A stretch of 32,000 nt of DNA. Source: Enterobacter phage fGh-Ecl04. The stretch lies in the sequence record ON212267.1. One strand, written 5' to 3'. Each line of letters starts with the position of its first letter. Position 1 is the stretch's first letter. The position numbers and the translations under genes are program-made. Below are positions 24,261-32,000 of this stretch, in pieces. The notes under the pieces were generated by a model. The model was given only the letters and a program-made list of their open reading frames with translations, ran no database searches and was not told the origin of the DNA.

Positions 24261-24527
24261 TTAGCAGTTTTTAATATGCTCGTAGATAGCACGAGTCAGT
24301 TCAGATGCTTCTTCTTTGTTGATGTCTGAAATCAAAGCGTAGATAGCATTAGTGATTGAACTTGGGCGATGGCGCGCAGTGCTGATTGCAACTTCTGTCA
24401 TACAAGAACGTCCACGGAAGATGATTTCAACATTGTTGATTTCAATATTCATGCGTTCTTGGTCACGGGATTCAGAACGTACCAGAACTTCCAGTTCAAC
24501 AGAAACTTTCTTTTTCAGTAAAATCAT
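24261..24527 (-). CDS. hypothetical protein, 88 aa (MILLKKKVSVELEV...)
   Basis: ORF track 24261..24695; ATG at 24527 with GGAG upstream; the longer version spans a promoter and terminator. Confidence 0.75.
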   Translation of the reverse strand: MILLKKKVSVELEVLVRSESRDQERMNIEINNVEIIFRGRSCMTEVAISTARHRPSSITNAIYALISDINKEEASELTRAIYEHIKNC

Positions 24528-24554
24528 GTTACTCTCCTTGGTTGATGTAAGAGT

Positions 24555-24583
24555 ATAGTAACACCTTCTGCAACAGATGTAAA
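24555..24583 (-). promoter_or_regulatory. probable early promoter: TTTACA-N17-TACTAT with TGT extension
   Basis: Minus-strand GTTTACATCTGTTGCAGAAGGTGTTACTAT. Confidence 0.55.
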
Positions 24584-24604
24584 CGGTCCGTAGAAATAAA
24601 AATG

Positions 24605-24621
24605 GGGACCACCAGGGTCCC
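24605..24621 (-). terminator. intrinsic terminator GGGACC-CTGGT-GGTCCC followed by CATTTTTATTT
   Basis: Perfect 6-bp GC stem with T-rich tail on the minus strand, 3' of the nrdH-like gene. Confidence 0.65.
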
Positions 24622-24672
24622 GAGGATGTGAGCCATATGTTTATATGGACTTCAAAAGAAAGTGTCTTAGAG

Positions 24673-24987
24673 TTAATCCAGTGAATCGAGGTCATAACCT
24701 AGTTCACCGAGTCTCTCTTTTATTGTTCTTAGATTTGGGTAATATACACCACCGAGGATGACGACCGGGTAATTGACTCGCTTGCTTGGGAAAACTCCTG
24801 AGGCTTTAGCGGCTTCTTCAATCGCTTTGTAGTTGTATTGGACGTCACCGGCCATGTAGATAACGTCGATGAACTCATACGGAATTTTGAATTCGTCAAA
24901 AATTTCTTTGACTGCTGCGCAACCAGCGCAGCGATAGACGTCTTCCGGAATTCCATAAATTTTAGCTCTTAGTTGTGAGTTTTCCAT
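24673..24987 (-). CDS. nrdH: glutaredoxin/thioredoxin-like protein (NrdH-type)
   Basis: KIYGIPEDVYRCAGCAAVK CxxC redox motif with NYPVV cis-Pro region; start MENSQLRAK at 24987; near nrdG/nrdD. Confidence 0.75.
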   Translation of the reverse strand: MENSQLRAKIYGIPEDVYRCAGCAAVKEIFDEFKIPYEFIDVIYMAGDVQYNYKAIEEAAKASGVFPSKRVNYPVVILGGVYYPNLRTIKERLGELGYDLDSLD

Positions 24988-25237
24988 TGACTGTAACCTC
25001 AAGCTTATCATCTAAACCAATGTCCTTAAGCGCATCAGTCATTCGACGAATACGTGCAGTGACTTCTTCAGGAGAAAGTTTAGGTTTATCATCGGTCTTA
25101 GGAGCAATAATCACTGCCAGTCCGAATACCAAAAGCGCAGGAACAGCAACAATAATTCCGTAAGCAATAACAAGATAAGCCAGAAGCTTAGATAAAGCAG
25201 TACGAGTCCCGTTGAAGAAAGATTTGATGTATTTCAT
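24962..25237 (-). CDS. small membrane protein, 91 aa
   Basis: Hydrophobic segment LLAYLVIAYGIIVAVPALLVFGLAVII. Confidence 0.75.
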   Translation of the reverse strand: MKYIKSFFNGTRTALSKLLAYLVIAYGIIVAVPALLVFGLAVIIAPKTDDKPKLSPEEVTARIRRMTDALKDIGLDDKLEVTVNGKLTTKS

Positions 25238-25245
25238 GTTGTTCC

Positions 25246-25353
25246 TTAGGAGAAAGTTACGATACCAGCGAAAACGTACAGAGCAGGGAATTCTTCACCC
25301 CAGCTTTGAATGATGAAGTTTGCGTTTAGTGCGAGTCTATTCAGGATGTTCAT
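25246..25353 (-). CDS. putative 35-aa protein MNILNRLALNANFIIQSWGEEFPALYVFAGIVTFS
   Basis: 3' portion of ORF 25246..25470; GAGGAACACAATG gives a good ribosome binding site at 25353. Confidence 0.45.
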   Translation of the reverse strand: MNILNRLALNANFIIQSWGEEFPALYVFAGIVTFS

Positions 25354-25822
25354 TGTGTTCCTCATTCCAAGTTCCGCTGTTAATCCACAGCCTTTGATTA
25401 TCACTGCCTCTCCAAAGCTTTTTAGTTGGTAGAGACTGTTCATATTTACCATCGATAATAACATCAACATAATTTAGCAGTTCCAAGTCCTTGATATCTT
25501 CGAACTTGTAGCCCGTCCACATCCAAACATCTTTATGAGGGTGACTAGTATGTAAGCACTTAAGCAGTGCTTCTATAGTTTCTCTATTGTCTGGATAAAG
25601 AGGGTCTCCACCAGTAATAGTGATTCCTTGAATGTAATCAGGCTCAAGAAGCTCTCTGATTTCTCCAATGGTTTCACCGGTGAATTCTGTTCCATTACGC
25701 GGATTCCATGTAGATTTATTGTAACATCCTTCACATTTATGCAAACACCCGGTGACAAAAAGAACGACCCTGCAACCAGGGCCATTCACAAAATCACAAG
25801 GATAGATTCTGTCATACTTCAC
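25337..25822 (-). CDS. nrdG: anaerobic ribonucleotide reductase activating protein (radical SAM)
   Basis: GCLHKCEGCYN CxxxCxxC motif, ITGGDPLYP. Confidence 0.96.
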   Translation of the reverse strand: MKYDRIYPCDFVNGPGCRVVLFVTGCLHKCEGCYNKSTWNPRNGTEFTGETIGEIRELLEPDYIQGITITGGDPLYPDNRETIEALLKCLHTSHPHKDVWMWTGYKFEDIKDLELLNYVDVIIDGKYEQSLPTKKLWRGSDNQRLWINSGTWNEEHNEHPE

Positions 25823-27641
25823 AGTGTTTTGTCCTATGCATTATTTCTTTGTTTTTACCAAGATTAAATCCACGTTCAGATGGATTGCCAAGATATCCGC
25901 AAGTACGTCGGATTGTGTTCATCTTTTTAGGGTCTGATTCACCACATTCATGACAGACAAATCCATCTTCCGTTGGAGTCATTTCATGAGTTGAACCGCA
26001 TGTAAAGCACTTATCAACTGGCATGTTTACACCGAAGTAATCAAGATGCTCAACAGCATAATCCCATACAGCTTCAAGACCTTTGAGATTGTTCTTCATA
26101 TCAGGAAGTTCTACATAACTGATATGACCACCTTTAGCTATGAAGTGGAAAATAGCTTCACGGTCAATTTTACCAAATGGAGAAATCTTTTCTTCTACTG
26201 AAACATGGAAGCTGTTAGTGTACCACCCTTTATCGGTGACGCCTTTGATATCACCATGGACTTCAGCATCAATCTTACAGAAGCGATAGCACAAGTTCTC
26301 AGCTGGAGTTGAATAAAGACTAAAAGCGAAGCCAGTCTCTTTAGTCCATTCAGCAAGATAATCATTCAGGCATTTCAGAAGAAGCTTACCGATATCAGCA
26401 CCCAATAGAGTTTGAACTTCATGGATTCCGATGTACCCTAACGAAATTGAAGAACGGCCATTTCGGAAGATGTCGAGAATCTCATCGTTTGGCTTAAGAC
26501 GAACACCAAAAGCACCTTCTTGATAAAGAATAGGAGCTACAGAAGCTGTTACACCGCGAAGTGATTCAATACGAGCTAAAAGAGCTTCTTTACAAATCTT
26601 CAAACGGTCATCAAGAATGTGGAAGAACTTGGTCAAGTCTGGACGGCCATCAATCATACAATCGAGTGCTACTCGTGGTAGGTTAATTGTCACTACACCA
26701 AGATTATTACGACCATCGAGAATTTCTTCGCCGTCTTTGTTCTTCCATACGCCCAGGAATGAGCGACATCCCATTGGAGAAACTGGAACAGAAGAACCAG
26801 TGATTAGACGGTTATTCTTTGAACTAATGATGTCAGGATACATTCGCTTACTTGCACATTCCAATGCAAGTTGTTTGATGTCATAGTTCACATCAGTAGG
26901 ATGAAGGTTAATTCCTTCTTCAACAAACATAACGAGCTTAGGAAAAATCGGAGTGATTCCGTCTCGTCCAAGACCTTTGATTCTATTTTTGAGAATAGCT
27001 TTTTGAATCATTCGTTCATAATCGCTTGTACCAGTACCAAAGGTAATTGTCACGAATGGAGTTTGTCCATTTGAACTGAACAGAGTATTGACTTCATATT
27101 CATAAGCTTGGAATGCGTCGTATACGTCTTTTTCTGTTTTCTCAATCGCGTATACATAGTCATTGACATGCTCAATGCCGTATCTTTCTGCATCGTGTAA
27201 ATGTTTAAAGAAAGTCTTCTCTACAAAAGGAGCAAGTACAACATCAACATTAGCAAATGTCGTTCCACCATATTGATGTGAAGCTACTTGAGCAGTGATT
27301 TGAGCCATAATAGCAGTTGCTACACCAATTGACTTTGGAGTCTCAATTTGAGCATTACCAAGTTTAAATCCATTGCTGAGCATACCCTTCAAATCGACTA
27401 AGCAACAGTTAGTGAATGGAAGAGCCGGAGAATAGTCTAAGTCATGAAAATGAATAAGACCTTTATCATGAGCATTTAGAACAGTAGGAGAGATAACCTG
27501 ACGAGCAATGTGTTTTGAAACAATTCCTGCCATCAGGTCTCGTTGAGTTGGAAAAACACGAGAATCTTTATTAGCATTCTCGTTGAGTAAGTCTTTGTTG
27601 GTGCGGTTGATTAAACCCTGGATTTCTGATTCAATTGTCAT
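25812..27641 (-). CDS. nrdD: anaerobic ribonucleoside-triphosphate reductase large subunit
   Basis: 609 aa; CFTCG/CHECG zinc cysteines and glycyl radical motif RRTCGYLG. Confidence 0.97.
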   Translation of the reverse strand: MTIESEIQGLINRTNKDLLNENANKDSRVFPTQRDLMAGIVSKHIARQVISPTVLNAHDKGLIHFHDLDYSPALPFTNCCLVDLKGMLSNGFKLGNAQIETPKSIGVATAIMAQITAQVASHQYGGTTFANVDVVLAPFVEKTFFKHLHDAERYGIEHVNDYVYAIEKTEKDVYDAFQAYEYEVNTLFSSNGQTPFVTITFGTGTSDYERMIQKAILKNRIKGLGRDGITPIFPKLVMFVEEGINLHPTDVNYDIKQLALECASKRMYPDIISSKNNRLITGSSVPVSPMGCRSFLGVWKNKDGEEILDGRNNLGVVTINLPRVALDCMIDGRPDLTKFFHILDDRLKICKEALLARIESLRGVTASVAPILYQEGAFGVRLKPNDEILDIFRNGRSSISLGYIGIHEVQTLLGADIGKLLLKCLNDYLAEWTKETGFAFSLYSTPAENLCYRFCKIDAEVHGDIKGVTDKGWYTNSFHVSVEEKISPFGKIDREAIFHFIAKGGHISYVELPDMKNNLKGLEAVWDYAVEHLDYFGVNMPVDKCFTCGSTHEMTPTEDGFVCHECGESDPKKMNTIRRTCGYLGNPSERGFNLGKNKEIMHRTKHCEV

Positions 27642-28111
27642 TTTAAACTCTTACGAAGTTGCTTTTTGAATGAAGCAACAAGCTTTGGTTTGGAATCATC
27701 TTCAGAATAGGTAAACCCGTAAGCATTCATTTCAGCTATCATCTCGGGTTTACCAAGTCGACTGAATTCTTTTGACTTATCGCCAATGAAATTAGGATGA
27801 ATGTTGTTTTTAGTATAGTCATTCTTCAGATAGGTCAGCAAACTCTCAAGCCACTCGAGGTAGTCGACTTCACGACCTTTCAAACCAGAGCGGTTGAACT
27901 TATGCTTCATTTGACCTTCTGCTGCGTTACACAAATTACACAGTAAACCACGAACTTTACCGGCTTTTGGTCCGTTCAATTCATGGTCGTGGTCAAGGTG
28001 GTTACTTTGAACATCGCTGTCTAATTCACGCTTACAAATTGGACAGATACCATGCTGTGCATCAAATAGTCTTTGTTTTTCTTCTTTGTAGAGTTTGCTG
28101 GTCAATAACAT
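27638..28111 (-). CDS. 49: recombination endonuclease VII, T4 gp49 homologue
   Basis: 157 aa; CPICKRELD...LDHDHELNGPKAGKVRGLLCNLCNAAEGQMKHKFNRSGL. Confidence 0.98.
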   Translation of the reverse strand: MLLTSKLYKEEKQRLFDAQHGICPICKRELDSDVQSNHLDHDHELNGPKAGKVRGLLCNLCNAAEGQMKHKFNRSGLKGREVDYLEWLESLLTYLKNDYTKNNIHPNFIGDKSKEFSRLGKPEMIAEMNAYGFTYSEDDSKPKLVASFKKQLRKSLK

Positions 28112-28135
28112 AGTTCACCTCAATATTAGATGAAC

Positions 28136-28143
28136 TATTTATA
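28136..28143 (-). promoter_or_regulatory. T4-type late promoter TATAAATA upstream of gene 49
   Basis: Exact TATAAATA octamer on the minus strand, 24 nt before the ATG. Confidence 0.85.
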
Positions 28144-28145
28144 GT

Positions 28146-28418
28146 TTAAATTATTTCAAAACAATTGTACCGGCATTGAACATTTTCATTGTTAACAATC
28201 ATATATTCAGTAATGCAAGTCCAACTACCCGGCAAATCTTTAGCATTAAAAATTTCAGATGAGCTTTGAACTATTGGCCAAACGAAGCAATCAACATCAG
28301 TATCATAGTATTTACCAGATGCTTTAATAATATCTCCAGGTTTAGCGCCAGAACGTTTTAAAGCACTCATAAATGCCGACGATGCGTTGAATCCAATAAG
28401 TCTTAATGTAGTTTCCAT
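28146..28418 (-). CDS. hypothetical protein, 90 aa
   Basis: ORF track. Confidence 0.7.
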   Translation of the reverse strand: METTLRLIGFNASSAFMSALKRSGAKPGDIIKASGKYYDTDVDCFVWPIVQSSSEIFNAKDLPGSWTCITEYMIVNNENVQCRYNCFEII

Positions 28419-28876
28419 TAAAAATTCCTTGAGTTAAATTCAAGTTGAGCTTCAAGCCAACGAATATAATCTGCAGCAGCTTGCATCAAATCGTATTCTT
28501 CGGAATCACAATTTTCTTGACCAGCCATTTTATAGAGCTGCGCAGTGATATCTTTTCCGTTAAAAAGATTACGAGGGATATCTTCAGAAGAGCCGTATTG
28601 GTCAGAAGAAAGTTCTTCAAGTTCTTCTAAATGATCAATCTCATCAGAGTAGAAGCACCAGAACCATGAATCTTGACCGCTAATTTCTGGATGAGTAGCA
28701 GTTTTAACATGAACATAAGGGCCGTTCTTAAATTGAACAGAAGTCATGCCAGTTGATTCGCCTACTTTACTGATGCTCAGAACTTTAAATTCCGCACCCT
28801 TTACAAATTCAGGGAATTGAGAAAGCAGCTCTTCATCTTCTTCAATAACACGAAAAACTTTATTCAGGAAACTCAT
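28418..28876 (-). CDS. hypothetical protein, ~152 aa (MSFLNKVFRVIEEDEE...)
   Basis: ORF track 28418..28882 begins at a TTG; ATG at 28876 with GGAG upstream is preferred. Confidence 0.75.
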   Translation of the reverse strand: MSFLNKVFRVIEEDEELLSQFPEFVKGAEFKVLSISKVGESTGMTSVQFKNGPYVHVKTATHPEISGQDSWFWCFYSDEIDHLEELEELSSDQYGSSEDIPRNLFNGKDITAQLYKMAGQENCDSEEYDLMQAAADYIRWLEAQLEFNSRNF

Positions 28877-29006
28877 ATCCAAACTCCATATCGATTAATT
28901 CATTGTTGGTAGGTTCATTATAATCATCTTCAGGAAAGCGTTCTTCTTCCTCTGGCTCGAGAGTTTCCCATCGAGCCGCATACCAAGGTTTTAGAGCGTA
29001 ACCCAT
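28860..29006 (-). CDS. 48-aa protein MGYALKPWYAARWETLEPEEEERFPEDDYNEPTNNELIDMEFGYEFPE (not in ORF track)
   Basis: Manual translation; fills the gap between neighbours with short overlaps on both sides, as elsewhere in the window. Confidence 0.65.
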   Translation of the reverse strand: MGYALKPWYAARWETLEPEEEERFPEDDYNEPTNNELIDMEFGYEFPE

Positions 29007-29302
29007 TCTGTGATAGTCTTAGTTACTTTACGCTCGCGTTTCTCGACTAACGAGACATCAGGCTCCATATAGTACCAATCAGTATGATACGAACCAGAAC
29101 GAGTTTCATTTACAGCGACGTGAACATCATGTTTCTTGCTGTAGTAAACTACTTGACGATATTGATACTTGTGATTCTGAGTCCATTCATCATGGTCTAC
29201 TTCTTCAAGATAATCAGAGTCTTCAAAGTCGTAATACTCTGAATGTCCATCATGGTCTTCCATGATTTCTTTCAGAATTTTTTCTTTCATTTCAGAAATC
29301 AT
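28991..29302 (-). CDS. hypothetical protein, 103 aa
   Basis: ORF track; TAATG overlap with the 29302..29475 micro-ORF. Confidence 0.7.
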   Translation of the reverse strand: MISEMKEKILKEIMEDHDGHSEYYDFEDSDYLEEVDHDEWTQNHKYQYRQVVYYSKKHDVHVAVNETRSGSYHTDWYYMEPDVSLVEKRERKVTKTITEWVTL

Positions 29303-29475
29303 TATTCACCTCGTAAAGTTTCAAGAACTTCATCATCAACCCAAGATTCTAAACCACTTGGAAGAGAACGTTCGACTTCCCAAAGTAAAGCTTCGCATTC
29401 GCGAAGACGAGCAAGCTCAGCAGAGCAAATTACTTCTTCTGTCTTTGGGTCAACCAATACAGAGTTCAGACTCAT
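29302..29475 (-). CDS. 57-aa protein MSLNSVLVDPKTEEVICSAELARLRECEALLWEVERSLPSGLESWVDDEVLETLRGE (not in ORF track)
   Basis: Manual translation; exactly fills the gap between nrdC and the 28991..29302 gene with overlapping stop/start codons. Confidence 0.7.
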   Translation of the reverse strand: MSLNSVLVDPKTEEVICSAELARLRECEALLWEVERSLPSGLESWVDDEVLETLRGE

Positions 29476-29768
29476 TTCAAATATTCCTTCAATTCAGTAA
29501 ATCCACCGATAGGCGAACCTTTTTCATCAAAAATCTGGGGCATTGTCAGACCAACACGAGATGGTCTATTCAGACGTGTCAGAAGCTCAGAGATAACTTC
29601 TTCATTAAAGATTGGTGTACCATCTTCATTATTACCTGAAGTCACAGAGATGAACTCGTAATCTTTACGTTTAGCATCTAACAGACGCTTAGAGTTAATG
29701 CATGGAACACATTTAAAATGCTTGCTGTCGTAACCGAAAACCTTGAATGTCACTAGAGATGTCCTCAA
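29472..29768 (-). CDS. nrdC: glutaredoxin/thioredoxin NrdC
   Basis: FKVFGYDSKHFKCVPCINSKRLLDAKRKDYEFI...GLTMPQIFDEKGSPIGGFTELKEYLK matches T4 NrdC. Confidence 0.92.
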   Translation of the reverse strand: MRTSLVTFKVFGYDSKHFKCVPCINSKRLLDAKRKDYEFISVTSGNNEDGTPIFNEEVISELLTRLNRPSRVGLTMPQIFDEKGSPIGGFTELKEYLK

Positions 29769-30006
29769 TAACGGATGAGACTACTTTGTCGTAGTCAGGA
29801 TGATTTTGTGTGCGATGGTCCCATTTAACACCAAGACGTTTTGCAACTTCACGGTTAATTGAGCCAAACGCAAATGAATGAGCACGGGTTAAAGCACTCT
29901 TCAAAACTGAATAAGAATCCGGCATTTTACCATGGTCTTTATGATAAGCTACCATCATTCGGAGGAGGCTGTCTTCAGCCTCAATCATATATTCTTTACG
30001 GCTCAT
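29713..30006 (-). CDS. hypothetical protein, 97 aa
   Basis: ORF track. Confidence 0.65.
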   Translation of the reverse strand: MSRKEYMIEAEDSLLRMMVAYHKDHGKMPDSYSVLKSALTRAHSFAFGSINREVAKRLGVKWDHRTQNHPDYDKVVSSVIEDISSDIQGFRLRQQAF

Positions 30007-30296
30007 AGTTCTTTTAATCTCTTATAAGACTCGTGAGCTGCAACAGCAATCTTTTCACTCATTGGAAGAGAAGTGTTAGGTTGACTATTCAATTGATGGT
30101 ATGCATATGTTTTGAACATTATAACATCAAAATCAATTGAAGCGTGAAGAGAACGATGGACATGGTCCATGTTAAGATTTTCACCTTTTTCTTCAGCGTA
30201 TTGAAGACAAATACGCCCGGCAACTTCACGAAGCTCTTTAAATAGAGATTTCATCTCTTCAGTTTCAGAAATAGCACTACTTTTAAATGGATTCAT
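30003..30296 (-). CDS. hypothetical protein, 97 aa
   Basis: ORF track; ATGA-type overlaps. Confidence 0.7.
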   Translation of the reverse strand: MNPFKSSAISETEEMKSLFKELREVAGRICLQYAEEKGENLNMDHVHRSLHASIDFDVIMFKTYAYHQLNSQPNTSLPMSEKIAVAAHESYKRLKEL

Positions 30297-30628
30297 TTGA
30301 CCGCCTTAACACCAGGAATGTTGCGGATGACTTCTAACACTTCGTCAAAATCGTCTTTGTTGACTGTGACCACAATAGTGCGAGTTGTTTGCTTCTTTTT
30401 CCAACGCTTAAAGAAAGTTTCTAAACGAAGGTCATGAGCTGTAAAACTGTCTTCATCATTTTTATAGACGTAACCAGACTCAATTGTAACTACTGCATCT
30501 GGAGCTGGGTCTTCATAATCTTCAACTTCTACACCATCAAACAGAATCAGTGTATCGTCATGATAATAGCCTTCCCAGAAGGCTTCATCGTTGTAAAATT
30601 CTTTCCAAAGTGCACCGGTAGTTTTCAT
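30293..30628 (-). CDS. hypothetical protein, 111 aa
   Basis: ORF track; ATGA-type overlaps. Confidence 0.7.
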   Translation of the reverse strand: MKTTGALWKEFYNDEAFWEGYYHDDTLILFDGVEVEDYEDPAPDAVVTIESGYVYKNDEDSFTAHDLRLETFFKRWKKKQTTRTIVVTVNKDDFDEVLEVIRNIPGVKAVK

Positions 30629-31140
30629 TTCTTCACCTCAGGGAAAGCAGCGGCAATACGTTCAGCAATTGCTTTGTCAAGCATAGCACCAAAATGATTA
30701 TTGATACGAGAAACAATCATTTGTTCCCAACGATGCTCAGTCATTTGAAGAGTTTCTTCAATACGATTTTCTAACTTTTTAGCAGCTTCTTCAATACACT
30801 TAGTAATTTTATTTTGAATAATATTCTGAGCAACTTCAGTAGCTTCTTTACGCATGGCAGTATCTAACTCAAACGTCGAGTCATAGTTATTCCAACCACG
30901 CTTGGTGAAAAATGCTTTGAGTTCAGTTTCAACAGCAGCTTTTACTGAAGGAACACGAGCACCAAGTAAATCAATTTCTTGTGAAACTGCTTTACGAATT
31001 TTATTGTCAGAGTCTTTAAGCACCATCTCTTTGACGATGTTCTTAATAACTGACTGCTGCAAAGCAGAACGAATTTCTGTGCCTTCTGGGAACAGTTGTC
31101 GAATTGTATTGGTATCTAATTTTAAATCAATGAGTGACAT
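30625..31140 (-). CDS. hypothetical helical protein, 171 aa
   Basis: ORF track; GAGGAAAT upstream. Confidence 0.75.
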   Translation of the reverse strand: MSLIDLKLDTNTIRQLFPEGTEIRSALQQSVIKNIVKEMVLKDSDNKIRKAVSQEIDLLGARVPSVKAAVETELKAFFTKRGWNNYDSTFELDTAMRKEATEVAQNIIQNKITKCIEEAAKKLENRIEETLQMTEHRWEQMIVSRINNHFGAMLDKAIAERIAAAFPEVKK

Positions 31141-31152
31141 AATAATTTCCTC

Positions 31153-31578
31153 TTAAATATCTGAATTCATCCAATCAATAGCCGATTTAGGTAAACATAC
31201 TATCACAGAAAAGAAGAAAGCAAGTATATAAGTGATAATATAAAGGAACGCTGAACCAAATGACCAAGCAGCATTCCAGCCTTGACGATACTCTGAATAG
31301 ATTAACTCAGGTCGTATTTCCAAATCGTACATTGAACCAACTTGTGCCATGCTATAAAATGCAGGTGAAATTTCTCTGTCAAATCTTCGACCATTTTGGT
31401 CTTCATAAACAGCAATGAATTCCAGATGAGAATATTTTCCAGTTGAAGTTCCGGAATAAAGTTGAACTAATTCTGCTTTAATGAGCTGTTCCTTTGAAAA
31501 ATCAGGACGTACATCAGTGAAAATAGAGAAACACCAAAAGCAAATTGCTGCTACGAGAAATTTCATACGAGCTGTCAT
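31153..31578 (-). CDS. membrane protein with N- and C-terminal hydrophobic segments, 141 aa
   Basis: FLVAAICFWCFSIF and FLYIITYILAFFFSVIVCL hydrophobic stretches. Confidence 0.75.
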   Translation of the reverse strand: MTARMKFLVAAICFWCFSIFTDVRPDFSKEQLIKAELVQLYSGTSTGKYSHLEFIAVYEDQNGRRFDREISPAFYSMAQVGSMYDLEIRPELIYSEYRQGWNAAWSFGSAFLYIITYILAFFFSVIVCLPKSAIDWMNSDI

Positions 31579-31832
31579 TTTAATTCCTTCACAAATTTAT
31601 GAAAACAAATTCGGCATTTCATCTGAAGTTGAGGAGTTTGCCAATTAACTAATTGTACTTGAATACTATCACATTTTGGACAAGGCGTAACTTGTTTAGC
31701 TGCTGCTTCGCGACGTTCAACCATTTCCATCATCGCTTCCCAGCGAGTAGCGGCCAGAAGCCGCTCCATTCCTTCAGGGTCATCTAAAATTTCTTGACTT
31801 AAGTCAACATCTTCTGCTAATTGCTTTTTCAT
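31575..31832 (-). CDS. small zinc-ribbon-like protein, 85 aa
   Basis: CPKCDSIQVQ...MKCRICFHKF paired CxxC. Confidence 0.7.
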   Translation of the reverse strand: MKKQLAEDVDLSQEILDDPEGMERLLAATRWEAMMEMVERREAAAKQVTPCPKCDSIQVQLVNWQTPQLQMKCRICFHKFVKELK

Positions 31833-32000
31833 ACACCAGCCTTAGGTTCAGAGATAATTCCTAACGAAATCTTCAGAGTTTCCATTTGACGTTTCAATTG
31901 AATAGTACGAGAACTAATTCGTGAAACTTCATCATTAAGATTACGCTTTTTCATTTCAAGTTTATTGAACTCTTCTTCAAGCTCGTTGATTTTTGCTTGA
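31829..32000 (-). CDS. 3' part of a coiled-coil protein running off the window (...QAKINELEEEFNKLEMKKRNLNDEVSRISSRTIQLKRQMETLKISLGIISEPKAGV)
   Basis: Manual translation; ATGA overlap with the downstream gene. Confidence 0.65.
   Translation of the reverse strand, partial: QAKINELEEEFNKLEMKKRNLNDEVSRISSRTIQLKRQMETLKISLGIISEPKAGV

Noticed and set aside
25628-29639. Other plus-strand ORFs (25628..25867, 26617..26886, 26871..27074, 28445..28630, 29243..29500, 29262..29639)
   Set aside because: All antisense to better-supported minus-strand genes; no plus-strand transcription unit is evident.
1-32000. CRISPR arrays, tRNA genes, introns, homing endonucleases or transposons
   Set aside because: No regularly spaced direct repeats, cloverleaf-like segments, GIY-YIG/HNH mobile ORFs or split conserved genes were seen; the only HNH-like protein is endonuclease VII (gp49), which is a core gene.

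Overview
This window is a densely packed, entirely minus-strand segment of a T4-like (Tevenvirinae-type) myovirus genome. Reading from high to low coordinates, it carries nrdC, a run of small accessory ORFs, gene 49 (endonuclease VII), nrdD, nrdG, an nrdH-like gene, more small ORFs, gene 55 (late sigma), genes 47-46, rpbA, 45, 44, 62, regA, 43 (DNA polymerase), a lipoprotein ORF, 42 (dCMP hydroxymethylase), two adjacent glycosyltransferase genes, uvsX, 40, 41, a small-ORF cluster with an sp-like gene, 61 (primase), a MazG-like ORF, 56 (dCTPase) and further small ORFs. I saw no tRNA, CRISPR array, transposon or homing endonuclease. The most interesting points are: (1) a 42 / GT-A-like glycosyltransferase / beta-gt-fold glycosyltransferase cassette with ATGA-type overlaps and no alpha-gt at the usual 47-55 locus, suggesting non-T4 or two-step sugar decoration of hydroxymethylcytosine; (2) three copies of a composite element in which a C(UUCG)G terminator-like hairpin runs directly into a MotA-like box plus TATAAT; (3) a gp43 translational operator hairpin with loop AAUCACUC (the remembered T4 loop is AAUAACUC); (4) a secreted lipoprotein gene in the slot where T4 has imm; (5) a MazG-like gene between 61 and 56; (6) several unlisted micro-ORFs, including a 21-aa acidic/aromatic peptide. 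No clearly unprecedented multi-gene system can be proven from sequence alone. All family assignments come from recognised motifs and remembered T4 homologues, not from searches.
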